DNA from: Gordius albopunctatus
Taxonomy: Eukaryota
NCBI GenBank assembly: GCA_964276515.1
Contig: OZ193910.1
Location: 6,572,001 to 6,636,000 of the forward strand
Reading direction: 5' to 3'
Length of the DNA: 64,000 nucleotides
The position numbers and the translations under genes are program-made. Position 1 is the first letter of the stretch. Every line of letters begins with the position of its first letter. Shown one piece after another: positions 1-11,414 of this stretch. A model generated the notes under the pieces. The model did no database searches, was not told where the DNA came from, and saw only the letters and a program-made list of their open reading frames with translations.

Positions 1-395
1 GTGCTTATAAATCAGGCAAGATTCTTACTTTTTATTTCCCACCCATATTTTATCACTTAAAATTGACGCGAGAGCATCGAAATGTGTGTATTTTGTCGTA
101 ATCGATGACGCAATACGTGGAATATTTAACTTTTTGATTGTTGGTAGTAATTCTAATTATACAGCTCGAAACAGTTTCATTATCGCGTTCTCGATTTACT
201 TACTCCCTTTCAGACGCTATACGCCACTTCCGTTGAGGGCGGACACCTAACATTCTGCCCGACGCAAAATACTCTAAAATCAGTAAATCTCCTATAAAAT
301 GGCGCCTAGAATTAAAAATTAATTCACAAATGTATTCCTACGGCGTCCCCTATGTGCTAAGGATCGCCCCTGATCGTAACTGGATTCAAAAAAAT

Positions 396-464
396 GGGCT
401 CACCGTTGCTTAACTTCGGTGTTCGGAAGGGAACCGGTGTTTTCAACGTGATATGGTCGTAACC
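396..464 (-). pseudogene. 3'-truncated 5S (nt 1-69)
   Basis: 58-bp deletion removes nt 70-118 and the first terminator; also T62G and G at -1. Confidence 0.9.
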
Positions 465-883
465 CTAGATTTAAAGCGAAAATTGTGCCTATAAATCAGG
501 CAAGATTCTTACTTTTTTATTTCCCACCCATATTTTATCACTTAAAATTGACGCGAGAGCATCGAAATGTGTGTATTTTGTCGTAATCGATGACGCAATA
601 CGTGGAATATTTAACTTTTTGATTGTTGGTAGTAATTATACATCTCGAAACAATTTCATTATCGCGTTCTCGCTTTACTTACTCCCTTTCAGACGCCATT
701 ACGCCAATTCCGTTGAGGGCGGACACCTAACATTCTGCCCGACGCAAAATACTCTAAAATCCGTAAATCTCCTATAAAATGGCGCCTAGAATCAAATATT
801 AATTCACAAATGTATTCCTACGACGTCCCCTATGTGCTAAGGATCGCCCCTGATCGTAACTGGATTCAAAAAAATATTTAAAA

Positions 884-987
884 AGGTTACAACACCAAGG
901 ATTCCCAAGCGGTCACCCATCCAAGTACTAACCGGGCTCAACGTTGCTTAACTTCGGTGATGTTTTCAACGTGATATGGTCGTAACC
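884..987 (-). pseudogene. 5S pseudogene with 15-nt internal deletion (helix III/loop C)
   Basis: Gene sense reads GAAAACATCACCGAAG; also C105T, G106T and G at -1. Confidence 0.9.
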
Positions 988-1406
988 CTAGATTTAAAGC
1001 GAAAATTGTGCTTATAAATCAGGCAAGATTCTTACTTTTTTATTTCCCACCCATATTTTATCACTTAAAATTGACGCGAGAGCATCGAAATGTGTGTATT
1101 TTGTCCTAATCGATGACGCAAAACGTGGAATATTTAACTTTTTGATTGTTGGTAGTAATTATACAGCTGGAAACAGTTTCATTATCGCGTTCTCGGTTTA
1201 CTTACTCCCTTCCAGACGCAATTACGCCAATTCCGTTGAGAGCGGACACCTAACATTCTGCACGACGCAAAATACTCTAAAATCCGTAAATCTCCTATAA
1301 AATGGCGCCTAGAATCAAAAATTAATTCACAAATGTATTCCTACGGCGTCCCCTATGTGCTAAGGATCGCCCCTGATCGTAACTGGATTCAAAAAAATAT
1401 TTAAAA

Positions 1407-1510
1407 AGGTTACAACACCAAGGATTCCCAAGCGGTCACCCATCCAAGTACTAACCGGGCTCAACGTTGCTTAACTTCGGTGATGTTTTCAACGTGATAT
1501 GGTCGTAACC
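1407..1510 (-). pseudogene. 5S pseudogene with 15-nt internal deletion (helix III/loop C)
   Basis: Same deletion and C105T, G106T as the copy at 884-987. Confidence 0.9.
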
Positions 1511-1928
1511 GTAGATTTAAAGCGAAAATTGTGCTTATAAATCAGGCAAGATTCTTACTTTTTAATTTCCCACCCATATTTTATCACTTAAAATTGACGC
1601 GAGAGCATCGAAATGTGTGTATTTTGTCGTAATCGATGACGCAATACGTGGAATATTTAACTTTTTGATTGTTGGTAGTAATTATACAGCTCGAAACAGT
1701 TTCATTATCGCGTTCTCGATTTACTTACTCCCTTTCAGACGCTATACGCCAATTCCGTTGAGGACGGACACCTAGCATTCTGCCCGACGCATAATACTCT
1801 AAAATCCGTAAATCCCCTATAAAATGGCGCCTAGAATTAAAAATTAATTCACAAATGTATTCCTACGGCGTCCCCTATATGCTAAGGATCGCACTTGATC
1901 GTAACTGGATTCAAAAAAATATTTAAAA

Positions 1929-2047
1929 AGGTTACAACATCCGGGATTCACAAGCGGTCACCCATCCAAGTACTAACCGGGCTCAACGTTGCTTAACTTC
2001 GGTGTTCGGAAGGGAACCGGTGTTTTCAACGTGATATGGTCGTAACG
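1929..2047 (-). rRNA. 5S rRNA variant, probably non-functional
   Basis: Full length; G1C, G98T, G108A. Confidence 0.75.
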
Positions 2048-2155
2048 GTAGATTTAAAGCGAAAATTGTGCTTATAAATCAGGCAAGATTCTTACTTTTT
2101 TATTTCCTACCCATATTTTATCACTTAAAATTGACGCGAGAGCATCGAAATGTGT

Positions 2156-2355
2156 NNNNNNNNNNNNNNNNNNNNNNNNNNNNNNNNNNNNNNNNNNNNN
2201 NNNNNNNNNNNNNNNNNNNNNNNNNNNNNNNNNNNNNNNNNNNNNNNNNNNNNNNNNNNNNNNNNNNNNNNNNNNNNNNNNNNNNNNNNNNNNNNNNNNN
2301 NNNNNNNNNNNNNNNNNNNNNNNNNNNNNNNNNNNNNNNNNNNNNNNNNNNNNNN
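2156..2355. other. Assembly gap (200 N)
   Basis: Run of exactly 200 N; the round number suggests a placeholder of unknown true size. Confidence 0.99.
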
Positions 2356-2666
2356 TTATAGGAGATTTAGGGATTTTAGAGTATTTTGCGTCGGGCAGGA
2401 TGCTAGGTGTCCGTCCTCAACGGAATTGGCGTATAGCGTGTGAAAGGGAGTGAGTAAACCGAGAACGCGATAATGAAACTGTTTCGAGCTGTATAATTAC
2501 TACCAACAATCAAAAAGTTAAATATTCCACGTATTGCGTCATCGATTACGACAAAATACACACATTTCGATGCTCTCGCGTAAATTTTAAGGGATAAAAT
2601 ATGGGTGGGAAATAAAAAAGTAAGAATCTTGCCTGATTTATAAGCACAATTTTGGATTAAAACTAC

Positions 2667-2785
2667 GGTTACGACCATATCACGTTGAAAACACCGGTTC
2701 CCTTCCGAACACCGAAGTTAAGCAACGTTGAGCCCGGTTAGTACTTGGATGGGTGACTGCTTGGGAATCCCGGGTGTTGTAACCT
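2667..2785 (+). rRNA. 5S rRNA variant
   Basis: C92T; altered upstream flank. Confidence 0.9.
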
Positions 2786-3173
2786 TTTTAAATATTTTTT
2801 TGAATCCAGTTACGATCAAGGGCGATCCTTAGCACATAGGGGACGCCGTAGGAATACATTTGTGAATTAATTTTTAATTCTAGGCGCCATTTTAAGGGAG
2901 ATTTAGGGATTTTAGAGTATTTTGCGTCGGGCAGAATGCTAGGTGTCCGCCCTCAACGGAATTGGCGTAGTGGCGTCTGAAAGGGAGTAAGTAAACAGAG
3001 AACGCGATAATGAAACTGTTTCGAGCTGTATAATTACTACCAACAATCAAAAAGTTAAATATTCCACGTAATGCGTCATCGATTACGACAAAATACACAC
3101 ATTTCGATGCTCTCGCGTAAATTTTAAGTGATAAAATATGGGTGGGAAATAAAAAAGTAAGAATCTTGCCTGA

Positions 3174-3204
3174 TTTATAAGCACAATTTTCGCTTTAAAT
3201 CTAC
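3174..3204 (+). promoter_or_regulatory. Upstream Pol III elements of 5S gene (representative unit): TTTATAA at -31..-25, GC at -13/-12, C at -1
   Basis: gaTTTATAAgcacaattttcGCtttaaatctaC|GG; positions match upstream elements described for many eukaryotic 5S genes; TATA-like box present in every unit read. Confidence 0.75.
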
Positions 3205-3323
3205 GGTTACGACCATATCACGTTGAAAACACCGGTTCCCTTCCGAACACCGAAGTTAAGCAACGTTGAGCCCGGTTAGTACTTGGATGGGTGACCGCTT
3301 GGGAATCCCGGGTGTTGTAACCT
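3205..3323 (+). rRNA. 5S rRNA
   Basis: Majority sequence; helices I-V form (for example GGTTACGAC/GTTGTAACC); conserved GTTAGTACTTGGATGGG and AGTTAAGC motifs. Confidence 0.97.
3254..3301 (+). promoter_or_regulatory. Internal control region: box A (+50..64), intermediate element (+67..72), box C (+80..97); representative unit
   Basis: AGTTAAGCAACGTTG ... TGGATGGGTGACCGCTTG at the positions of the TFIIIA-bound type-1 Pol III promoter. Confidence 0.85.
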
Positions 3324-3339
3324 TTTTAAATATTTTTTT
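3323..3339 (+). terminator. Tandem Pol III terminators T5 + T7 (representative unit)
   Basis: TTTTT-AAATA-TTTTTTT immediately after the 5S 3' end. Confidence 0.9.
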
Positions 3340-3742
3340 GAATCCAGTTACGATCAAGGGCGATCCTTAGCACATAGGGGACGCCGTAGGAATACATTTG
3401 TGAATTAATTTTTAATTCTAGGCGCCATTTTAAGGGAGATTTAGGGATTTTAGAGTATTTTGCGTCGGGCAGAATGCTAGGTGTCCGCCCTCAACGGAAT
3501 TGGCGTAGTGGCGTCTGAAAGGGAGTAAGTAAACAGAGAACGCGATAATGAAACTGTTTCGAGCTGTATAATTACTACCAACAATCAAAAAGTTAAATAT
3601 TCCACGTAATGCGTCATCGATTACGACAAAATACACACATTTCGATGCTCTCGCGTAAATTTTAAGTGATAAAATATGGGTGGGAAATAAAAAAGTAAGA
3701 ATCTTGCCTGATTTATAAGCACAATTTTCGCTTTAAATCTAC

Positions 3743-3861
3743 GGTTACGACCATATCACGTTGAAAACACCGGTTCCCTTCCGAACACCGAAGTTAAGCA
3801 ACGTTGAGCCCGGTTAGTACTTGGATGGGTGACCGCTTGGGAATCCCGGGTGTTGTAACCT
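3743..3861 (+). rRNA. 5S rRNA
   Basis: Majority sequence. Confidence 0.95.
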
Positions 3862-4279
3862 TTTTAAATATTTTTTTGAATCCAGTTACGATCAAGGGCG
3901 ATCCTTAGCACATAGGGGACGCCGTAGGAATACATTTGTGAATTAATTTTTAATTCTAGGCGCCATTTTAAGGGAGATTTAGGGATTTTAGAGTATTTTG
4001 CGTCGGGCAGAATGCTAGGTGTCCGTCCTGAACGGAATTGGCGTATAGCGTGTGAAAGGGAGTGAGTAAACCGAGAACGCGATAATGAAACTGTTTCGAG
4101 CTGTATAATTACTACCAACAATCAAAAAGTTAAATATTCCACGTATTGCGTCATCGATTACGACAAAATACACACATTTCGATGCTCTCGCGTAAATTTT
4201 AAGGGATAAAATATGGGTGGGAAATAAAAAAGTAAGAATCTTGCCTGATTTATAAGCACAATTTTCGCTTTAAATCTAC

Positions 4280-4398
4280 GGTTACGACCATATCACGTTG
4301 AAAACACCGGTTCCCTTCCGAACACCGAAGTTAAGCAACGTTGAGCCCGGTTAGTACTTGGATGGGTGACCGCTTGGGAATCCCGGGTGTTGTAACCT
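4280..4398 (+). rRNA. 5S rRNA
   Basis: Majority sequence. Confidence 0.95.
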
Positions 4399-4827
4399 TT
4401 TTAAATATTTTTTTGAATCCAGTTACGATCAAGGGCGATCCTTAGCACATAGGGGACGCCGTAGGAATACATTTGTGAATTAATTTTTAATTCTAGGCGC
4501 CATTTTAAGGGAGATTTAGGGATTTTAGAGTATTTTAGAGTATTTTGCGTCGGGCAGAATGCTAGGTGTCCGCCCTCAACGGAATTGGCGTAGTGGCGTC
4601 TGAAAGGGAGTAAGTAAACAGAGAACGCGATAATGAAACTGTTTCGAGCTGTATAATTACTACCAACAATCAAAAAGTTAAATATTCCACGTAATGCGTC
4701 ATCGATTACGACAAAATACACACATTTCGATGCTCTCGCGTAAATTTTAAGTGATAAAATATGGGTGGGAAATAAAAAAGTAAGAATCTTGCCTGATTTA
4801 TAAGCACAATTTTCGCTTTAAATCTAC

Positions 4828-4946
4828 GTTTACGACCATATCACGTTGAAAACACCGGTTCCCTTCCGAACACCGAAATTAAGCAACGTTGAGCCCGGTT
4901 AGTACTTGGATGGGTGACCGCTTGGAAATCCCGGGTGTTGTAACCT
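4828..4946 (+). rRNA. 5S rRNA variant
   Basis: G2T, G51A, G99A. Confidence 0.8.
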
Positions 4947-5364
4947 TTTTAAATATTTTTTTGAATTCAGTTACGATCAGGGGCGATCCTTAGCACATAG
5001 GGGACGCCGTAGGAATACATTTGTGAATTAATTTTTAATTCTAGGCGCCATTTTATAGGAGATTTAGGGATTTTAGAGTATTTTGCGTCGGGCAGGATGC
5101 TAGGTGTCCGTCCTCAACGGAATTGGCGTATAGCGTGTGAAAGGGAGTGAGTAAACCGAGAACGCGATAATGAAACTGTTTCGAGCTGTATAATTACTAC
5201 CAACAATCAAAAAGTTAAATATTCCACGTATTGCGTCATCGATTACGACAAAATACACACATTTCGATGCTCTCGCGTAAATTTTAAGTGATAAAATATG
5301 GGTGGGAAATAAAAAAGTAAGAATCTTGCCTGATTTATAAGCACAATTTTCGCTTTAAATCTAC

Positions 5365-5483
5365 GGTTACGACCATATCACGTTGAAAACACCGGTTCCC
5401 TTCCGAACACCGAAGTTAAGCAACGTTGAGCCCGGTTAGTACTTGGATGGGTGACCGCTTGGGAATCCCGGGTGTTGTAACCT
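5365..5483 (+). rRNA. 5S rRNA
   Basis: Majority sequence. Confidence 0.95.
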
Positions 5484-5902
5484 TTTTAAATATTTTTTTG
5501 AATCCAGTTACGATCAAGGGCGATCCTTAGCACATAGGGGACGCCGTAGGAATACATTTGTGAATTAATTTTTAATTCTAGGCGCCATTTTAAGGGAGAT
5601 TTAGGGATTTTAGAGTATTTTGCGTCGGGCAGAATGCTAGGTGTCCGCCCTCAACGGAATTGGCGTAGTGGCGTCTGAAAGGGAGTAAGTAAACAGAGAA
5701 CGCGATAATGAAACTGTTTCGAGCTGTATAATTACTACCAACAATCAAAAAGTTAAATATTCCACGTAATGCGTCATCGATTACGACAAAATACACACAT
5801 TTCGATGCTCTCGCGTAAATTTTAAGTGATAAAATATGGGTGGGAAATAAAAAAGTAAGAATCTTGCCTGATTTATAAGCACAATTTTCGCTTTAAATCT
5901 AC

Positions 5903-6021
5903 GGTTACGACCATATCACGTTGAAAACACCGGTTCCCTTCCGAACACCGAAGTTAAGCAACGTTGAGCCCGGTTAGTACTTGGATGGGTGACCGCTTGG
6001 GAATCCCGGGTGTTGTAACCT
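5903..6021 (+). rRNA. 5S rRNA
   Basis: Majority sequence. Confidence 0.95.
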
Positions 6022-6440
6022 TTTTAAATATTTTTTTGAATCCAGTTACGATCAAGGGCGATCCTTAGCACATAGGGGACGCCGTAGGAATACATTTGTG
6101 AATTAATTTTTAATTCTAGGCGCCATTTTAAGGGAGATTTAGGGATTTTAGAGTATTTTGCGTCGGGCAGAATGCTAGGTGTCCGCCCTCAACGGAATTG
6201 GCGTAGTGGCGTCTGAAAGGGAGTAAGTAAACAGAGAACGCGATAATGAAACTGTTTCGAGCTGTATAATTACTACCAACAATCAAAAAGTTAAATATTC
6301 CACGTAATGCGTCATCGATTACGACAAAATACACACATTTCGATGCTCTCGCGTAAATTTTAAGTGATAAAATATGGGTGGGAAATAAAAAAGTAAGAAT
6401 CTTGCCTGATTTATAAGCACAATTTTCGCTTTAAATCTAC

Positions 6441-6559
6441 GGTTACGACCATATCACGTTGAAAACACCGGTTCCCTTCCGAACACCGAAGTTAAGCAAC
6501 GTTGAGCCCGGTTAGTACTTGGATGGGTGACCGCTTGGGAATCCCGGGTGTTGTAACCT
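6441..6559 (+). rRNA. 5S rRNA
   Basis: Majority sequence. Confidence 0.95.
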
Positions 6560-6977
6560 TTTTAAATATTTTTTTGAATCCAGTTACGATCAAGGGCGAT
6601 CCTTAGCACATAGGGGACGCCGTAGGAATACATTTGTGAATTAATTTTTAATTCTAGGCGCCATTTTAAGGGAGATTTAGGGATTTTAGAGTATTTTGCG
6701 TCGGGCAGAATGCTAGGTGTCCGTCCTGAACGGAATTGGCGTATAGCGTGTGAAAGGGAGTGAGTAAACCGAGAACGCGATAATGAAACTGTTTCGAGCT
6801 GTATAATTACTACCAACAATCAAAAAGTTAAATATTCCACGTATTGCGTCATCGATTACGACAAAATACACACATTTCGATGCTCTCGCGTAAATTTTAA
6901 GGGATAAAATATGGGTGGGAAATAAAAAAGTAAGAATCTTGCCTGATTTATAAGCACAATTTTCGCTTTAAATCTAC

Positions 6978-7096
6978 GGTTACGACCATATCACGTTGAA
7001 AACACCGGTTCCCTTCCGAACACCGAAGTTAAGCAACGTTGAGCCCGGTTAGTACTTGGATGGGTGACCGCTTGGGAATCCCGGGTGTTGTAACCT
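6978..7096 (+). rRNA. 5S rRNA
   Basis: Majority sequence. Confidence 0.95.
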
Positions 7097-7525
7097 TTTT
7101 AAATATTTTTTTGAATCCAGTTACGATCAAGGGCGATCCTTAGCACATAGGGGACGCCGTAGGAATACATTTGTGAATTAATTTTTAATTCTAGGCGCCA
7201 TTTTAAGGGAGATTTAGGGATTTTAGAGTATTTTAGAGTATTTTGCGTCGGGCAGAATGCTAGGTGTCCGCCCTCAACGGAATTGGCGTAGTGGCGTCTG
7301 AAAGGGAGTAAGTAAACAGAGAACGCGATAATGAAACTGTTTCGAGCTGTATAATTACTACCAACAATCAAAAAGTTAAATATTCCACGTAATGCGTCAT
7401 CGATTACGACAAAATACACACATTTCGATGCTCTCGCGTAAATTTTAAGTGATAAAATATGGGTGGGAAATAAAAAAGTAAGAATCTTGCCTGATTTATA
7501 AGCACAATTTTCGCTTTAAATCTAC

Positions 7526-7644
7526 GTTTACGACCATATCACGTTGAAAACACCGGTTCCCTTCCGAACACCGAAATTAAGCAACGTTGAGCCCGGTTAG
7601 TACTTGGATGGGTGACCGCTTGGAAATCCCGGGTGTTGTAACCT
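7526..7644 (+). rRNA. 5S rRNA variant
   Basis: G2T, G51A, G99A. Confidence 0.8.
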
Positions 7645-8061
7645 TTTTAAATATTTTTTTGAATTCAGTTACGATCAGGGGCGATCCTTAGCACATAGGG
7701 GACGCCGTAGGAATACATTTGTGAATTAATTTTTAATTCTAGGCGCCATTTTATAGGAGATTTAGGGATTTTAGAGTATTTTGCGTCGGGCAGGATGCTA
7801 GGTGTCCGTCCTCAACGGAATTGGCGTATAGCGTGTGAAAGGGAGTGAGTAAACCGAGAACGCGATAATGAAACTGTTTCGAGCTGTATAATTACTACCA
7901 ACAATCAAAAAGTTAAATATTCCACGTATTGCGTCATCGATTACGACAAAATACACACATTTCGATGCTCTCGCGTAAATTTTAAGGGATAAAATATGGG
8001 TGGGAAATAAAAAAGTAAGAATCTTGCCTGATTTATAAGCACAATTTTGGATTAAAACTAC

Positions 8062-8180
8062 GGTTACGACCATATCACGTTGAAAACACCGGTTCCCTTC
8101 CGAACACCGAAGTTAAGCAACGTTGAGCCCGGTTAGTACTTGGATGGGTGACTGCTTGGGAATCCCGGGTGTTGTAACCT
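8062..8180 (+). rRNA. 5S rRNA variant
   Basis: C92T; altered upstream flank. Confidence 0.9.
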
Positions 8181-8598
8181 TTTTAAATATTTTTTTGAAT
8201 CCAGTTACGATCAAGGGCGATCCTTAGCACATAGGGGACGCCGTAGGAATACATTTGTGAATTAATTTTTAATTCTAGGCGTGATTTTAAGGGAGATTTA
8301 GGGATTTTAGAGTATTTTGCGTCGGGCAGAATGCTAGGTGTCCGCCCTCAACGGAATTGGCGTAGTGGCGTCTGAAAGGGAGTAAGTAAACAGAGAACGC
8401 GATAATGAAACTGTTTCGAGCTGTATAATTACTACCAACAATCAAAAAGTTAAATATTCCACGTAATGCGTCATCGATTACGACAAAATACACACATTTC
8501 GATGCTCTCGCGTAAATTTTAAGTGATAAAATATGGGTGGGAAATAAAAAAGTAAGAATCTTGCCTGATTTATAAGCACAATTTTCGCTTTAAATCTA

Positions 8599-8717
8599 GG
8601 TTACGACCATATCACGTTGAAAACACCGGTTCCCTTCCGAACACCGAAGTTAAGCAACGTTGAGCACGGTTAGTACTTGGATGGGTGACCGCTTGGGAAT
8701 CCCGGGTGTTGTAACCT
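8599..8717 (+). rRNA. 5S rRNA variant
   Basis: C68A; C at -1 deleted. Confidence 0.85.
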
Positions 8718-9136
8718 TTTTAAATATTTTTTTGAATCCAGTTACGATCAAGGGCGATCCTTAGCACATAGGGGACGCCGTAGGAATACATTTGTGAATT
8801 AATTTTTAATTCTAGGCGCCATTTTAAGGGAGATTTAGGGATTTTAGAGTATTTTGCCTCGGGCAGAATGCTAGGTGTCCGCCCTCAACGGAATTGGCGT
8901 AGTGGCGTCTGAAAGGGAGTAAGTAAACAGAGAACGCGATAATGAAACTGTTTCGAGCTGTATAATTACTACCAACAATCAAAAAGTTAAATATTCCACG
9001 TATTGCGTCATCGATTACGACAAAATACACACATTTCGATGCTCTCGCGTAAATTTTAAGGGATAAAATATGGGTGGGAAATAAAAAAGTAAGAATCTTG
9101 CCTGATTTATAAGCACAATTTTCGCTTTAAATCTAC

Positions 9137-9255
9137 GGTTACGACCATATCACGTTGAAAACACCGGTTCCCTTCCGAACACCGAAGTTAAGCAAAGTTG
9201 AGCCCGGTTAGTACTTGGATGGGTGACTGCTTGGGAATCCCGGGTGTTGTAACCT
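9137..9255 (+). rRNA. 5S rRNA variant
   Basis: C60A, C92T. Confidence 0.85.
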
Positions 9256-9674
9256 TTTTAAATATTTTTTTGAATCCAGTTACGATCAAGGGCGATCCTT
9301 AGCACATAGGGGACGCCGTAGGAATACATTTGTGAATTAATTTTTAATTCTAGGCGCCATTTTAAGGGAGATTTAGGGATTTTAGAGTATTTTGCGTCGG
9401 GCAGAATGCTAGGTGTCCGCCCTCAACGGAATTGGCGTAGTGGCGTCTGAAAGGGAGTAAGTAAACAGAGAACGCGATAATGAAACTGTTTCGAGCTGTA
9501 TAATTACTACCAACAATCAAAAAGTTAAATATTCCACGTAATGCGTCATCGATTACGACAAAATACACACATTTCGATGCTCTCGCGTAAATTTTAAGTG
9601 ATAAAATATGGGTGGGAAATAAAAAAGTAAGAATCTTGCCTGATTTATAAGCACAATTTTCGCTTTAAATCTAC

Positions 9675-9793
9675 GGTTACGACCATATCACGTTGAAAAC
9701 ACCGGTTCCCTTCCGAACACCGAAGTTAAGCAACGTTGAGCCCGGTTAGTACTTGGATGGGTGACCGCTTGGGAATCCCGGGTGTTGTAACCT
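9675..9793 (+). rRNA. 5S rRNA
   Basis: Majority sequence. Confidence 0.95.
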
Positions 9794-10222
9794 TTTTAAA
9801 TATTTTTTTGAATCCAGTTACGATCAAGGGCGATCCTTAGCACATAGGGGACGCCGTAGGAATACATTTGTGAATTAATTTTTAATTCTAGGCGCCATTT
9901 TAAGGGAGATTTAGGGATTTTAGAGTATTTTAGAGTATTTTGCGTCGGGCAGAATGCTAGGTGTCCGCCCTCAACGGAATTGGCGTAGTGGCGTCTGAAA
10001 GGGAGTAAGTAAACAGAGAACGCGATAATGAAACTGTTTCGAGCTGTATAATTACTACCAACAATCAAAAAGTTAAATATTCCACGTAATGCGTCATCGA
10101 TTACGACAAAATACACACATTTCGATGCTCTCGCGTAAATTTTAAGTGATAAAATATGGGTGGGAAATAAAAAAGTAAGAATCTTGCCTGATTTATAAGC
10201 ACAATTTTCGCTTTAAATCTAC

Positions 10223-10341
10223 GTTTACGACCATATCACGTTGAAAACACCGGTTCCCTTCCGAACACCGAAATTAAGCAACGTTGACCCCGGTTAGTAC
10301 TTGGATGGGTGACCGCTTGGAAATCCCGGGTGTTGTAACCT
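10223..10341 (+). rRNA. 5S rRNA variant
   Basis: G2T, G51A, G66C, G99A. Confidence 0.8.
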
Positions 10342-10758
10342 TTTTAAATATTTTTTTGAATTCAGTTACGATCAGGGGCGATCCTTAGCACATAGGGGAC
10401 GCCGTAGGAATACATTTGTGAATTAATTTTTAATTCTAGGCGCCATTTTATAGGAGATTTAGGGATTTTAGAGTATTTTGCGTCGGGCAGGATGCTAGGT
10501 GTCCGTCCTCAACGGAATTGGCGTATAGCGTGTGAAAGGGAGTGAGTAAACCGAGAACGCGATAATGAAACTGTTTCGAGCTGTATAATTACTACCAACA
10601 ATCAAAAAGTTAAATATTCCACGTATTGCGTCATCGATTACGACAAAATACACACATTTCGATGCTCTCGCGTAAATTTTAAGGGATAAAATATGGGTGG
10701 GAAATAAAAAAGTAAGAATCTTGCCTGATTTATAAGCACAATTTTGGATTAAAACTAC

Positions 10759-10877
10759 GGTTACGACCATATCACGTTGAAAACACCGGTTCCCTTCCGA
10801 ACACCGAAGTTAAGCAACGTTGAGCCCGGTTAGTACTTGGATGGGTGACTGCTTGGGAATCCCGGGTGTTGTAACCT
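10759..10877 (+). rRNA. 5S rRNA variant
   Basis: C92T; altered upstream flank. Confidence 0.9.
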
Positions 10878-11295
10878 TTTTAAATATTTTTTTGAATCCA
10901 GTTACGATCAAGGGCGATCCTTAGCACATAGGGGACGCCGTAGGAATACATTTGTGAATTAATTTTTAATTCTAGGCGTGATTTTAAGGGAGATTTAGGG
11001 ATTTTAGAGTATTTTGCGTCGGGCAGAATGCTAGGTGTCCGCCCTCAACGGAATTGGCGTAGTGGCGTCTGAAAGGGAGTAAGTAAACAGAGAACGCGAT
11101 AATGAAACTGTTTCGAGCTGTATAATTACTACCAACAATCAAAAAGTTAAATATTCCACGTAATGCGTCATCGATTACGACAAAATACACACATTTCGAT
11201 GCTCTCGCGTAAATTTTAAGTGATAAAATATGGGTGGGAAATAAAAAAGTAAGAATCTTGCCTGATTTATAAGCACAATTTTCGCTTTAAATCTA

Positions 11296-11414
11296 GGTTA
11301 CGACCATATCACGTTGAAAACACCGGTTCCCTTCCGAACACCGAAGTTAAGCAACGTTGAGCACGGTTAGTACTTGGATGGGTGACCGCTTGGGAATCCC
11401 GGGTGTTGTAACCT
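11296..11414 (+). rRNA. 5S rRNA variant
   Basis: C68A; C at -1 deleted. Confidence 0.85.

Larger units (their letters stand above)
1..2155 (-). repeat. 5S rDNA tandem units, inverted block (4 5S-derived copies)
   Basis: Reverse complement of the unit found right of the gap; unit lengths about 480-537 bp. Confidence 0.97.

Noticed and set aside
147..158. 6-bp spacer insertion (TAATTCTAATTA) in the first unit
   Set aside because: Single-copy slippage-type duplication with no evident significance
2068..2443. Two 97-aa ORFs full of X
   Set aside because: Artefacts of translating through the 200-N gap
2902..2908. TTTAGGG telomere-like heptamer
   Set aside because: Single copy per unit, not tandem, and altered in many island units
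2987..2992. GTAAGT/GTGAGT splice-donor-like motif suggesting a spliced-leader RNA
   Set aside because: No known leader recognised upstream (nematode SL1 GGTTTAATTACCCAAGTTTGAG is absent), no Sm consensus at a suitable distance downstream, and some units mutate it to CTAAGT
3205..3323. Bacterial or organellar origin of the 5S because of CCGAAC
   Set aside because: The gene has a eukaryotic loop E and box C (GTTAGTACTTGGATGGG), oligo-T Pol III terminators and a tandem-array layout with no 16S or 23S genes
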